NCBI GenBank assembly: GCA_049651785.1
Contig: JBASCT010000025.1
Coordinates: 5,563 to 69,562, forward strand
Direction: 5' to 3'
Origin: Minisyncoccia bacterium
Lineage (GTDB): Bacteria > Patescibacteriota > Minisyncoccia > Phycocordibacterales > Zambryskibacteraceae
DNA length: 64,000 bases
The stretch's first letter is position 1. Each line of letters begins with the position of its first letter. Positions 1 to 7,819 of the stretch are shown here, piece by piece. Below the pieces are notes generated by a model. The model searched no databases and was not told where the DNA came from. It saw only the letters and a list, made by a program, of their open reading frames with translations. The translations under genes and the position numbers were made by a program.

Positions 1-152
1 CCATCGGCGTTAAGACTTCCCACCTCTCCCTTGAGGACATGGCCTACCTTCTGAAGCGCTGTTCGCAGAGTTCCAACTTTTCCAAGACCTTTTTCGGCAG
101 TCTGAAAGTAAAAAATGGTTCGACCCGCTCACCACAAGATGAAAAAAGGTAA
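1..152 (+). CDS. 3' end of an upstream gene, unknown function, partial at the window edge; it overlaps the def start
   Basis: Open frame from position 3 to TAA at 150-152 with no homolog recognised. Contextual guess only: priA often precedes def-fmt. Confidence 0.25.
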   Translation, partial: IGVKTSHLSLEDMAYLLKRCSQSSNFSKTFFGSLKVKNGSTRSPQDEKR

Positions 153-1413
153 AATTCTCGATAAAGACGCACCCGTTTTAAGAAAGGTTGCGAAAGAAGT
201 TTCTCCTAAAGAAATCGGATTAAAGAAAACCCGAGAGATAATCGAGCGGATGAAAGACGCGCTCTACGGCGAGGAGGACGGAGTCGCCATTGCGGCGCCG
301 CAGCTTGGTGAGAGTTTGCGGATCTTTATGGTCCGGGGCGATGTCCTCTTTTTCGCCAAGGGCAAGAAGCCGCCGCCGGGCGAGAAGGTAGCGGATCTGG
401 TCTTTATAAACCCCGAGATTCTTAACTCCTCCAAGAAGAAGAAAAAAGTTGAAGAGGGCTGTCTCTCCATCCGCTGGCTTTACGGCAAAGTTTCCCGAAG
501 CGAGAAAATAACCATCGGCGCCTATAACAATAAGGGAGTCTGGGTAGAGCGGGGCGCCTCGGGACTTCTCGCCCAGATTTTCCAGCATGAGATAGACCAC
601 CTTGACGGCACCCTTTTCACAGACAAGGCCGAAGGTTTGAGAAACATCCCTCCCGCGAAGGAAGTGAAGTTCGCCTACTTCGGCTCATCGGAATTTTCAA
701 AATATGTCCTTGAAGAGCTTGAGGCTTTGCACTTCTCCCCCGCCTTAAATATTTCTTCGAGCAAGGAGCCCTTGCCGATTGAGGCGTTAAAGAAATTGGA
801 GGCGGACGTCTTCGTCGTCGCCTCCTTCGGGAAAATTCTGCCGAAAGAAATTCTCGAACTGCCAAAGCACGGGGTCATCAATGTCCACCCCTCTCTTCTG
901 CCGAAGCTCCGTGGCGCCTCACCGATCCAGGGCAGTATCCTTGGCGGCGCCGAGCCCGGGGTGACGATTATTAAAATGGACGAGCGAGTTGATCACGGTC
1001 CTATCCTTGCCCAGACCAAGGTCGAGATAGAGCCCTGGCCCGACCACTACGCCGCCGTCGAAGAGAAGCTCGGCCGTGCGGGCGGTCACGTCTTAGGACT
1101 CGTCCTGCCGAAGTGGCTCTCGGGAGAAATAGAGCCGAGAATCCAGAATGACGATAAAGCCACCTTCACAAAACTTATCAAAAAAGAGGACGGCCTTATC
1201 AGACCCGATGAGCCCGCGGAAGAAAGTCTCAGGAAAGTTTTTGCCTACAGCACTTGGCCCGGCGCCTACCTCATTTATAAAAACAAATTCGGCAAAGAAA
1301 TCAGAGTAATCGTGAAAGACGCCGAGATCAAAGAGGGGAAATTCGTGCCACTAAGAGTCGTGCCTGCCGGCAAGCGCGAGATGCTCTGGGTGGAGTTCTT
1401 GCGGGGCAACTAG
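115..1413 (+). CDS. def-fmt: Peptide deformylase fused in frame to methionyl-tRNA formyltransferase (Def-Fmt bifunctional protein)
   Basis: N-terminal ~185 aa carries Def motifs (GVAIAAPQLG, EGCLS, HEIDHLDG). The C-terminal part carries the Fmt N-domain (FGSSEF, VVASFGKILP, NVHPSLLPKLRGASPIQ). The 432 codons are uninterrupted. Confidence 0.8.
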   Translation: MVRPAHHKMKKGKILDKDAPVLRKVAKEVSPKEIGLKKTREIIERMKDALYGEEDGVAIAAPQLGESLRIFMVRGDVLFFAKGKKPPPGEKVADLVFINPEILNSSKKKKKVEEGCLSIRWLYGKVSRSEKITIGAYNNKGVWVERGASGLLAQIFQHEIDHLDGTLFTDKAEGLRNIPPAKEVKFAYFGSSEFSKYVLEELEALHFSPALNISSSKEPLPIEALKKLEADVFVVASFGKILPKEILELPKHGVINVHPSLLPKLRGASPIQGSILGGAEPGVTIIKMDERVDHGPILAQTKVEIEPWPDHYAAVEEKLGRAGGHVLGLVLPKWLSGEIEPRIQNDDKATFTKLIKKEDGLIRPDEPAEESLRKVFAYSTWPGAYLIYKNKFGKEIRVIVKDAEIKEGKFVPLRVVPAGKREMLWVEFLRGN

Positions 1414-1550
1414 TAGCCCGTGTTGGAGAGCGTTACCGTAATCTCTGCCTCAAACTTGACGAGCCAGAGGAGAATTATCGCCGAGAGCATACCACCGGCA
1501 AGAACAGCGAAAGAGACCCAGGGAGCACTCTTTTGTCTTAAATAATTCAT
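1410..1550 (-). CDS. Small hydrophobic protein of 46 aa, translationally coupled to hpf through an ATGA overlap
   Basis: ATG overlaps the hpf stop. One predicted TM helix (WVSFAVLAGGMLSAIILLWLV). No homolog recognised. Confidence 0.3.
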   Translation of the reverse strand: MNYLRQKSAPWVSFAVLAGGMLSAIILLWLVKFEAEITVTLSNTGY

Positions 1551-1969
1551 TCTTTCTTTTTATTAAATTTCAGACGCTCCATACCCCAAGAAAAGCCCTT
1601 GGCGGTACCGTCGGAGAGTCCTTTCATCATATTTTTCATCATCTCGGCGCCCTTCCGCGCAAGCGTCTGCCGCTTACCCTTCAATTGTAACATGTTCTGC
1701 CTAACCTCATCCTTGACCGCATCAATCGAAGCGTATAAATCACCGGTTTCCGTGACGGCATAGACATCAAGACCCGAACCGACCAGGTGCACTTCGGCAC
1801 GGAAGACATCGCCGGATTTGTGATGCTTGGTCGACTTCCCCACCTCAACCATGGCTGTCACATCAGCATTTTTATCAAGGAACTTTTCAAGAGAGGAAAT
1901 CTTTTTATCTACGTAAGCAACGATAGCCGGGGTAAGTTCTATCCCCGTGGCCTTGGTATTTATTTTCAT
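1547..1969 (-). CDS. hpf: Ribosome hibernation promoting factor (HPF/RaiA/YfiA family)
   Basis: MKINTKATGIELTPAI start, typical HPF N-domain, 140 aa. Confidence 0.85.
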   Translation of the reverse strand: MKINTKATGIELTPAIVAYVDKKISSLEKFLDKNADVTAMVEVGKSTKHHKSGDVFRAEVHLVGSGLDVYAVTETGDLYASIDAVKDEVRQNMLQLKGKRQTLARKGAEMMKNMMKGLSDGTAKGFSWGMERLKFNKKKE

Positions 1970-1987
1970 ACCTTAATTATAACAAAG

Positions 1988-2866
1988 CTAGTCAAAGATT
2001 TTGACGAGAAACTTGTTTATCTCCCGCTGGTCCCAGTCGTAGAAATATTTTCCCTCCTCCCTAAGTCTCGTGGCGAGGTCCACGCCAACGAAGCGCCAGT
2101 GCCACGGCTCGTATCGATAATAGCCGTTGTTCGCCGGATACGAGAGGATGAAGCCATATTTGTGCGCGTTGTCTTCGAGCCATTTTAGGGCTTCGCTCGA
2201 GCCGAATTTGGTAAACGAGGCGCCGAGTTCCTTCGTGGTGAAATCAATTGAAGTACCAAGCTGGTGCTCGGAGTAACCCTGATCCGCCGAAAATTGGTTC
2301 GCCGTGCCTTCGCCGTAGGTCACGCGGTACTCGGCCTTGAGCGAAGCTTGGGTATCAAAGGAGCGAAAAGCCGAGACGACCAAAAGGTTTACTCCGTCCT
2401 CAAGCGCTTCGAGGATGAGCTCTTTCAGAAATGGTGCGACCTTATCGTGAATCAAAAGATTGCCGCCGCTCTGATTGAAAGAGAGGTTGTCGTCAATTTC
2501 GGTCAAAGCATCTGGAACATAGTGCTCGTTGAGAAAATAAACCTTGGAATATTTCTGCAAAAGTTCTTTGTCGGTCTTGGCAAGTTTGTCGAGAACCCCA
2601 ACGGTGGAAGAGAGCCCTTCAATCTGCCCGCCGAAGGAGTCGATAATCGCCTGCTGTCCCGTGGAGCGTTCCTCGAGATTCGAATAATTGTTTTTTAAAA
2701 CCCCCAGTTCGTGCTCAAGAACAATATTCTCCTCTGAAAGAAGACGATAGTCTTTGGCTAAAGCCCTGTATTGATAAGCCGCGTAACCCGCGAGCGGTAG
2801 CGCGATAATTATGGCGGCAAGGAGGGCAACCTGCGAGTCGAATTTGAAGTCCTTAAAATCTTTCAC
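1988..2866 (-). CDS. D-alanyl-D-alanine carboxypeptidase, VanY/M15 family, membrane-anchored
   Basis: N-terminal TM segment. M15 motifs SAFRSFDTQ, SEHQLGTSIDF, EPWHWRFVG. Confidence 0.8.
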   Translation of the reverse strand: MKDFKDFKFDSQVALLAAIIIALPLAGYAAYQYRALAKDYRLLSEENIVLEHELGVLKNNYSNLEERSTGQQAIIDSFGGQIEGLSSTVGVLDKLAKTDKELLQKYSKVYFLNEHYVPDALTEIDDNLSFNQSGGNLLIHDKVAPFLKELILEALEDGVNLLVVSAFRSFDTQASLKAEYRVTYGEGTANQFSADQGYSEHQLGTSIDFTTKELGASFTKFGSSEALKWLEDNAHKYGFILSYPANNGYYRYEPWHWRFVGVDLATRLREEGKYFYDWDQREINKFLVKIFD

Positions 2867-2873
2867 TCGGCTA

Positions 2874-3305
2874 TTATAGCAGTTCTAAAAGCCAAAAACT
2901 AAAAATGGTGCCCATAACAATCAGGGTTATAAGATGGTTCGAGGTACGAATGAACCATAACTTCCAAGGCTTTTTGCCAGTGAGAAAGTCACTTATGTTA
3001 AAAGGGATGGTGGCAATCCATCCCAAGAATCCACCTAGAATTCCGGCCACCACTCCTAGAGTTTCAAAACTGAGTATAAAAAATACCATGTAGAAATAAA
3101 AGATGGACGCAACGGTGAGTGAGGCGAGAAATTGAATTGCGTAGGCTTCTCCTATTGTCGTTTCTCTCTTTATCACATTCCTTGGATGGTGCCCCAGGAG
3201 AGCCGTCAATGTTTCCTTAAATAAAACCTCGCACCAGAAAAATCTAACCGCAACACCCGCAAGGGCCGCAACAAGCACTGGCAGAAAAGGTATGTCGAGG
3301 TCCAT
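2874..3305 (-). CDS. Small integral membrane protein, DUF1761-like; paralog of the next gene
   Basis: Four TM helices and an AYAIQFLASL motif. Tandem duplicate of the 3310..3732 gene. Confidence 0.5.
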   Translation of the reverse strand: MDLDIPFLPVLVAALAGVAVRFFWCEVLFKETLTALLGHHPRNVIKRETTIGEAYAIQFLASLTVASIFYFYMVFFILSFETLGVVAGILGGFLGWIATIPFNISDFLTGKKPWKLWFIRTSNHLITLIVMGTIFSFWLLELL

Positions 3306-3309
3306 GTTT

Positions 3310-3732
3310 TTATTTCCAAAGACTCAAGATGATTCCCATCACTATAAGAGATACAAGGTAGTGTGAGGCGTTGATATACCAGAGTTTCCAAGGTTTGTTC
3401 TCCCATAAAACCACGCCGAGACTAACGGGGGCGACAAAGCCGAGCCACATCCAAAAACCAGACGATGCGCCAGAAGTCCAGCCGGAAGAGTTCATATAGG
3501 ATGTTGCGAAGACCAAAACGTGCGAGAGGACGTATGCCATGACAAGAGAAGCGACAAATTGTATTGCGTAGGCTTTATTCGCAGCCATCTTCATTCCAGA
3601 CATAACCTCTGGAGCGTAGCCCATCATCGCCATCCACGGTTTTTTAAACAAAAGACCGTACCAGAGAAACCCCACCGCCATACTAGAGACGGCCGCCACA
3701 AGCACCGCCCAGTAATTTATGCCGATGTCCAT
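3310..3732 (-). CDS. Small integral membrane protein, DUF1761-like
   Basis: MDIGINYWAVLVAAVSSMAVGFLWYGLLFKKPW matches the DUF1761 pattern as I recall it. Confidence 0.5.
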   Translation of the reverse strand: MDIGINYWAVLVAAVSSMAVGFLWYGLLFKKPWMAMMGYAPEVMSGMKMAANKAYAIQFVASLVMAYVLSHVLVFATSYMNSSGWTSGASSGFWMWLGFVAPVSLGVVLWENKPWKLWYINASHYLVSLIVMGIILSLWK

Positions 3733-3778
3733 ATTGTTTGATTAATGTCTAAATTCCCATTATTATTCTAGCACCCAT

Positions 3779-3855
3779 TCCGCGATACCCGCCCGAACGT
3801 ACCGTTCGGTACGGGCGGGGCTCAGTCCCGAAGGGAAGCCTTCGGCTTTGGTAGA
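3779..3855 (+). repeat. Pseudo-copy of the tRNA-Asn 5' half, interrupted by a 32-nt GC-rich palindrome and a second hairpin
   Basis: TCCGCGATA, then the palindrome at 3788-3819, then GCTCAGT, then the CCGAAGG-GAAG-CCTTCGG hairpin, then TTGGTAGA. The non-inserted bases equal tRNA-Asn positions 1-24. Confidence 0.7.
3788..3819. repeat. GC-rich palindromic element, family copy 1
   Basis: CCCGCCCGAACGTACCGTTCGGTACGGGCGGG, 32 nt, near-perfect hairpin. Confidence 0.8.
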
Positions 3856-3882
3856 AAAAGTGTTATCGCGGAATTGAATAAT

Positions 3883-3955
3883 TCCGCGATAGCTCAGTTG
3901 GTAGAGCGCCTCCCTGTTAAGGAGGATGTCCCAGGTTCGAGCCCTGGTCGCGGAG
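3883..3955 (+). tRNA. tRNA-Asn(GUU)
   Basis: Cloverleaf with acceptor TCCGCGA/TCGCGGA, anticodon loop CTGTTAA, T-loop TTCGAGC. CCA is not encoded. Confidence 0.9.
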
Positions 3956-4026
3956 CAAGGTTATTTGCCTACGCCTAGGGCATTGTGCTAGTGTCTTGGC
4001 GGGTTAATTCTTTAGAAAGGAGACGC

Positions 4027-4347
4027 ATGCCATTTCGTGACGGGAAAAAGATTCGTGGTAGCCACACCACGCTTATCGATCTCGCCGCTCGAGTGACAGA
4101 CATCGCAAGGCGCATGGAGAGCGTCACCGGTATATCCCCCGGCTGGATCAAGAGCGGCAAGAACGCGTACGGCGGAGGTGGCCAAAGGGTGAAGTTCGGC
4201 GACTTCAAGGGCGGTCTGGTCCTCGTCGTGCGTCAGTCGCACACGATCCAAGAGCTGCGCGTCTTCAGTACAAATATAGCAAAGACTCGTCTCGCCCTCG
4301 CGCGAGCTCTACGAGACGAAGGTATACCGATTGCCTTCAGACATTAA
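4027..4347 (+). CDS. Hypothetical protein, 106 aa
   Basis: ATG with AAGGAG 4 nt upstream. No homolog recognised. Sits in the somewhat higher-GC islet downstream of tRNA-Asn. Confidence 0.5.
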   Translation: MPFRDGKKIRGSHTTLIDLAARVTDIARRMESVTGISPGWIKSGKNAYGGGGQRVKFGDFKGGLVLVVRQSHTIQELRVFSTNIAKTRLALARALRDEGIPIAFRH

Positions 4348-4348
4348 C

Positions 4349-4389
4349 CGGCGTTGTTAGTCTAAATCCTAACAACGCCGATTTATTTT
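4349..4389 (+). terminator. Rho-independent terminator
   Basis: 12-bp perfect stem CGGCGTTGTTAG / CTAACAACGCCG, 8-nt loop, then ATTTATTTT. Confidence 0.6.
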
Positions 4390-4446
4390 GGCAGTATAGT
4401 TTCATCCTTGTCTTAGAGCTTCGGAGACACTATACTTTTTTAATTA

Positions 4447-5199
4447 ATGAAGCCACTTTCGGACAAAGAGCACCAGAAGGCCTATAGCGACGCCATAGCG
4501 GAAGCGCGCCTGAAAGGTTCCGACACCTTCCAAGGCTGGTTCGACAAAACCGGAAGTGCCGCCGAAGCTCGTGTGCGCGGACACTGGGATTTCGCCTTCC
4601 ACATTCTTAAAAAAAGCGTTTATAAGCACCTGAGTGCTCCGCACGAGAAGACGGCGCTAGAAATCGGCTACGGTGGAGGAAGAATCTTGGGTGCCGCAAG
4701 TAGTTTCTTCAAGCACGTAGTCGGAGTCGATATACATGGAGAGCAGGATGCCGTCAAAGAATTTTTATCGGCACAGGGGAAAAAGAATTTCACCCTCCTT
4801 CGCACCAAGGGGGACACGCTGGAGGTCGGAAGCGAGAGTATCGACTTCGTCTACTCATTCATCGTTCTTCAGCACCTGCCAAGATTTGAGACGCTTGAAA
4901 ATTATGTGAAGGAGGTAGCGCGAGTTTTGAAGAAAGATTGCCTAGCCCAGCTCTATTTCGGGAGACTCCCCGGGCACAACCCGAGTCAGTGGTTTCAATA
5001 TCTCTTCAAAGGATATTGCGAAATCACTGACGCGAAAGTTAATTACCGCAGTCTCGCCGTCACTCCTTGGAGAATGAAAATGCTCTGTAGGAAATACGGC
5101 CTCTCTGTCCTCGAGTCGGGCCCGTCTTATAAGCAGATGCCTGACGGCTATCCCCTTCGCCGCGGCGGTCAGCACTATGTGACGGTTATCAAAACTTGA
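4447..5199 (+). CDS. Class I SAM-dependent methyltransferase, substrate unknown
   Basis: Motif I LEIGYGGGR, VVGVD, post-I acidic residue. No SD before the ATG. Confidence 0.65.
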   Translation: MKPLSDKEHQKAYSDAIAEARLKGSDTFQGWFDKTGSAAEARVRGHWDFAFHILKKSVYKHLSAPHEKTALEIGYGGGRILGAASSFFKHVVGVDIHGEQDAVKEFLSAQGKKNFTLLRTKGDTLEVGSESIDFVYSFIVLQHLPRFETLENYVKEVARVLKKDCLAQLYFGRLPGHNPSQWFQYLFKGYCEITDAKVNYRSLAVTPWRMKMLCRKYGLSVLESGPSYKQMPDGYPLRRGGQHYVTVIKT

Positions 5200-5254
5200 C
5201 GAATCAAATCAGGTGATTAGAGTAAGAGAAAGGTTTGCTCCACAAGGAGAAGTT

Positions 5255-5473
5255 ATGTACATAGGACTCGAGAGAGACTCAAGGGTGAAGGGGGTCGTGA
5301 CTCACGGCGTTCTCAACGGTCGCCCTCTCTGCAAGTTCACCGACCGACTCACTTCCGACTGGGAGATGGGGCACAAGCCCGTACCCTATTTCCGCACTGA
5401 GAACATCAACTGCGTCATCTGCAAGAGAATGGCGAAGGAAATTGATCCACTTGACCTCCATGAGTACCCATAG
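5255..5473 (+). CDS. Hypothetical small protein, 72 aa, Cys-containing
   Basis: ATG with AAGGAG 5 nt upstream. No homolog recognised. Confidence 0.45.
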   Translation: MYIGLERDSRVKGVVTHGVLNGRPLCKFTDRLTSDWEMGHKPVPYFRTENINCVICKRMAKEIDPLDLHEYP

Positions 5474-5481
5474 TGCTCAAA

Positions 5482-5510
5482 GCCGCCCTGTCTCTGGGGC
5501 GGTTTATTTT
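5482..5510 (+). terminator. Rho-independent terminator
   Basis: GCCGCCC...GGGGCGG hairpin followed by TTTATTTT. Confidence 0.5.
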
Positions 5511-5513
5511 AAG

Positions 5514-5541
5514 TTGACAAATAGTTTATATATGATATAAT
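5514..5541 (+). promoter_or_regulatory. Sigma70-type promoter, TTGACA-16-TATAAT
   Basis: Consensus -35 at 5514-5519 and -10 at 5536-5541, upstream of the 5596 gene. Confidence 0.5.
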
Positions 5542-5595
5542 ACAGGGGGTTTTTGGTGCGACATTTGTCGCCCTGTTCTTCAAAAGGAGACTTCG

Positions 5596-6021
5596 ATGAA
5601 CTCAACTCTGCTCCGCGAGGGGCTGCTCAACGCCAAGATTGTCCCCGAGGCTCGCTTCAACGAGTTCGAGGAAGCCGACCGCATCCGTGAAGGACTGCTC
5701 GACCGAGCCTGGTACGACGACCGCCTGCAGAAAGCTGGCCGGCGAGCGTCTCTCGAGACGCTCGTCTCGGCGAAGACCTCGAAGGACTTCGCCAAGGCGG
5801 CTCGTTTCGCCCTCACCCACTGGCCCGACATGATCGCTGAGGTCATTGAGGTGGCGCACGCCTTCAAGCATGAGCGCGGCGGCAAGCAACTCATCTGGCA
5901 GGTTTACCAGGTGAGGGATCACTTGCCGAGCCTCGGTGAGAAGACTCGCGAGAATTTTCTCGCCTGTGCCTTCGGCAGGAACGGTGCGGGCTTCCTCACG
6001 GTGAGGAAACAGAGCCGTTAG
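5596..6021 (+). CDS. Hypothetical protein, 141 aa
   Basis: ATG with AAGGAG 6 nt upstream. No homolog recognised. The overlapping antisense ORF is rejected. Confidence 0.5.
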   Translation: MNSTLLREGLLNAKIVPEARFNEFEEADRIREGLLDRAWYDDRLQKAGRRASLETLVSAKTSKDFAKAARFALTHWPDMIAEVIEVAHAFKHERGGKQLIWQVYQVRDHLPSLGEKTRENFLACAFGRNGAGFLTVRKQSR

Positions 6022-6039
6022 GTCCACACGACCAAACAA

Positions 6040-6070
6040 GTCCCCGGGATATCTCGGGGACTTTTATTAT
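6040..6070. terminator. Bidirectional Rho-independent terminator between convergent genes
   Basis: GTCCCCG-loop-CGGGGAC hairpin with T-runs on both sides (TTTTATTAT on plus). Confidence 0.5.
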
Positions 6071-6071
6071 C

Positions 6072-6623
6072 TTATAGATTCTCGCCGAGAGTGGCGGTGA
6101 TGAGAACGATCGTGATACTACCGGCGATAAGCGCGAGAACGATACGTTTGTAGCGGACCTTGGCAAGGGCAAGGGCAATCATTAAGATATCGTTCGGCAG
6201 AGGCGAGAGACCAACGTAGGCGAAGACGAAAATGCCGAGAAGCCAGTCTGGCACCTTTTCTATGAACCAGAGCATTTTCTGCCGAAACGGACTCTCGCGT
6301 CCAATCAAAATATTTGTGCCGTGGTGCGCGAGGAAGAAAAAGATGCTATCCGAGATAAAGATACCCAAGCCTCCGAGGAGACCGAGAAGTACGGGGTCTG
6401 CTCCTCCGCTCGCAAAAGTAGCCACGGCGGCGAAGAAAGAGGCGCCGGTAATGGTCGAGAGACCGCCGATAGCGGCGAGGAGGAAGGCGACAAGGTAGGT
6501 GTTGTGCACGCCAACTTTTTCAACGAGAATCTCTGTCGGGATAAAAACAAGCGCAATTGCCCAGACTGCAATAAACAATACCGCGGCGGCAAGGATGTGG
6601 TGTTTCTTAATATTGGCTAACAC
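6072..6623 (-). CDS. Polytopic membrane protein, DedA/TVP38-like
   Basis: Six hydrophobic helices and a glycine-rich central segment. Family assignment is tentative. Confidence 0.45.
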   Translation of the reverse strand: MLANIKKHHILAAAVLFIAVWAIALVFIPTEILVEKVGVHNTYLVAFLLAAIGGLSTITGASFFAAVATFASGGADPVLLGLLGGLGIFISDSIFFFLAHHGTNILIGRESPFRQKMLWFIEKVPDWLLGIFVFAYVGLSPLPNDILMIALALAKVRYKRIVLALIAGSITIVLITATLGENL

Positions 6624-6681
6624 GAATTCATTCTCGCATAGAATTATGAAACAGAAAAATACGGCTTCTTTTTGTTAAGAT

Positions 6682-6990
6682 ATGGGAGTGAAGAAAAATC
6701 TGTTCAAAATGAAGTCGGAAGTGCTCCTCTACCCCGGTATGGCGGGCTGGCACTTCATCTACCTGCCGAAAAAGGAGGCGCAAGTTATTAGAAAAAGTTT
6801 TGCCTCGGTCCACCGCGGCTGGGGCTCACTCCCCGTCCTTGTTACTCTCGGCAAAACGAGCTGGCGGACCTCCATCTTTTTCGATAAACGTTCCGACACC
6901 TACATCCTGCCCCTCAAGACGCAAGTGCGAAAAAAGGAAGGTGTCATGGCTAAAGATAAAGTAAATTTCTCGCTGGAGATAAAACCGTAA
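6682..6990 (+). CDS. DUF1905 domain protein
   Basis: GKTSWRTSIFFDKRSDTYILPLKTQVRKKEGV matches the DUF1905 (YdeI-associated) pattern as I recall it. Confidence 0.55.
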   Translation: MGVKKNLFKMKSEVLLYPGMAGWHFIYLPKKEAQVIRKSFASVHRGWGSLPVLVTLGKTSWRTSIFFDKRSDTYILPLKTQVRKKEGVMAKDKVNFSLEIKP

Positions 6991-7069
6991 AAAATTTTGC
7001 TTATTTTTCCTTTAAGGAGTAGTATCTTCGACGGACTTTGGGCTCTTTTCAAGTATAAAAGGAGTGAAC

Positions 7070-7768
7070 ATGGCGAAAACTACTGCGACTGCTTCGCGTA
7101 GGAAAGCCAACCAAGGAGGAAGGGACTACGCGGCGCCGAGAAAAATGGAGCTCGCTTATCAAACCGACGCTCTGATGCAACATGGCGTCTTTCCCAAGGA
7201 GTTTGTCATCTACTACCCCACGCCGCCACACCCCGAGGTTGGTGGAGAGATTGAGGGTAGTGTTGACGAAGGCACCACCCGAACCTTTATAAATGCCATG
7301 ACCCTCCTCGAGAGCTATGGAAAAGAGGGGAGACGTGGATCAACCATCAGAATTATCATGAATTGCCTCGGTGGAGACGAGTACCAAGGGATGGCGGTCT
7401 ACGACACCATCCGGCAGTCGAAATTCGATGTCACAATCGAGGGTCGGGGCGCTGTCATGAGCATGGGAGCTTTCATCATGCAGTCGGCAGATCGTCGCCT
7501 ACTCTCGGCTAATGCCAGAGTCATGGTTCATTCTGGCACTTGGGGCGCAGGGGAACATCACTACGAGAATTACATACGGTTCGCCAAGGAAGCGGAAAAG
7601 CTCAAGGACATATATCTCGAGGTTCTGTGGAAAAAAATTAAAGAGAGAAAACCTAAGTTTACTCGAGAAAAAATGGAGGAACTCTTGAGATTCGACAAAT
7701 TTATGTCAGCGAGAGAGGCGGTAAGTTACGGCCTCGCAGACTATGTCATCAGACCCACTCAGAAATGA
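7070..7768 (+). CDS. ClpP-like serine peptidase (S14 family fold), orphan
   Basis: NCLGGDEYQGMAVYDTI, catalytic Ser in VMSMGAF, His in MVHSG. AAAAGGAG 5 nt upstream of the ATG. No clpX nearby. Confidence 0.6.
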   Translation: MAKTTATASRRKANQGGRDYAAPRKMELAYQTDALMQHGVFPKEFVIYYPTPPHPEVGGEIEGSVDEGTTRTFINAMTLLESYGKEGRRGSTIRIIMNCLGGDEYQGMAVYDTIRQSKFDVTIEGRGAVMSMGAFIMQSADRRLLSANARVMVHSGTWGAGEHHYENYIRFAKEAEKLKDIYLEVLWKKIKERKPKFTREKMEELLRFDKFMSAREAVSYGLADYVIRPTQK

Positions 7769-7784
7769 GTGGGTTTTCTTTTAT
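7754..7784 (+). terminator. Rho-independent terminator; the stop codon lies inside the hairpin
   Basis: CCCACTCA-GAAA-TGAGTGGG followed by TTTTCTTTTAT. A second hairpin at 7792-7814 probably serves the convergent minus-strand gene. Confidence 0.5.
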
Positions 7785-7819
7785 AAAAGAAGGCGCCACC
7801 AAGACAGGTGGCGCGAAAC

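Noticed and set aside
5602-6039. 145-aa minus-strand ORF
   Set aside because: It is antisense to the plus-strand gene, which has a consensus promoter and an AAGGAG-ATG start. GC-rich DNA gives long spurious frames.
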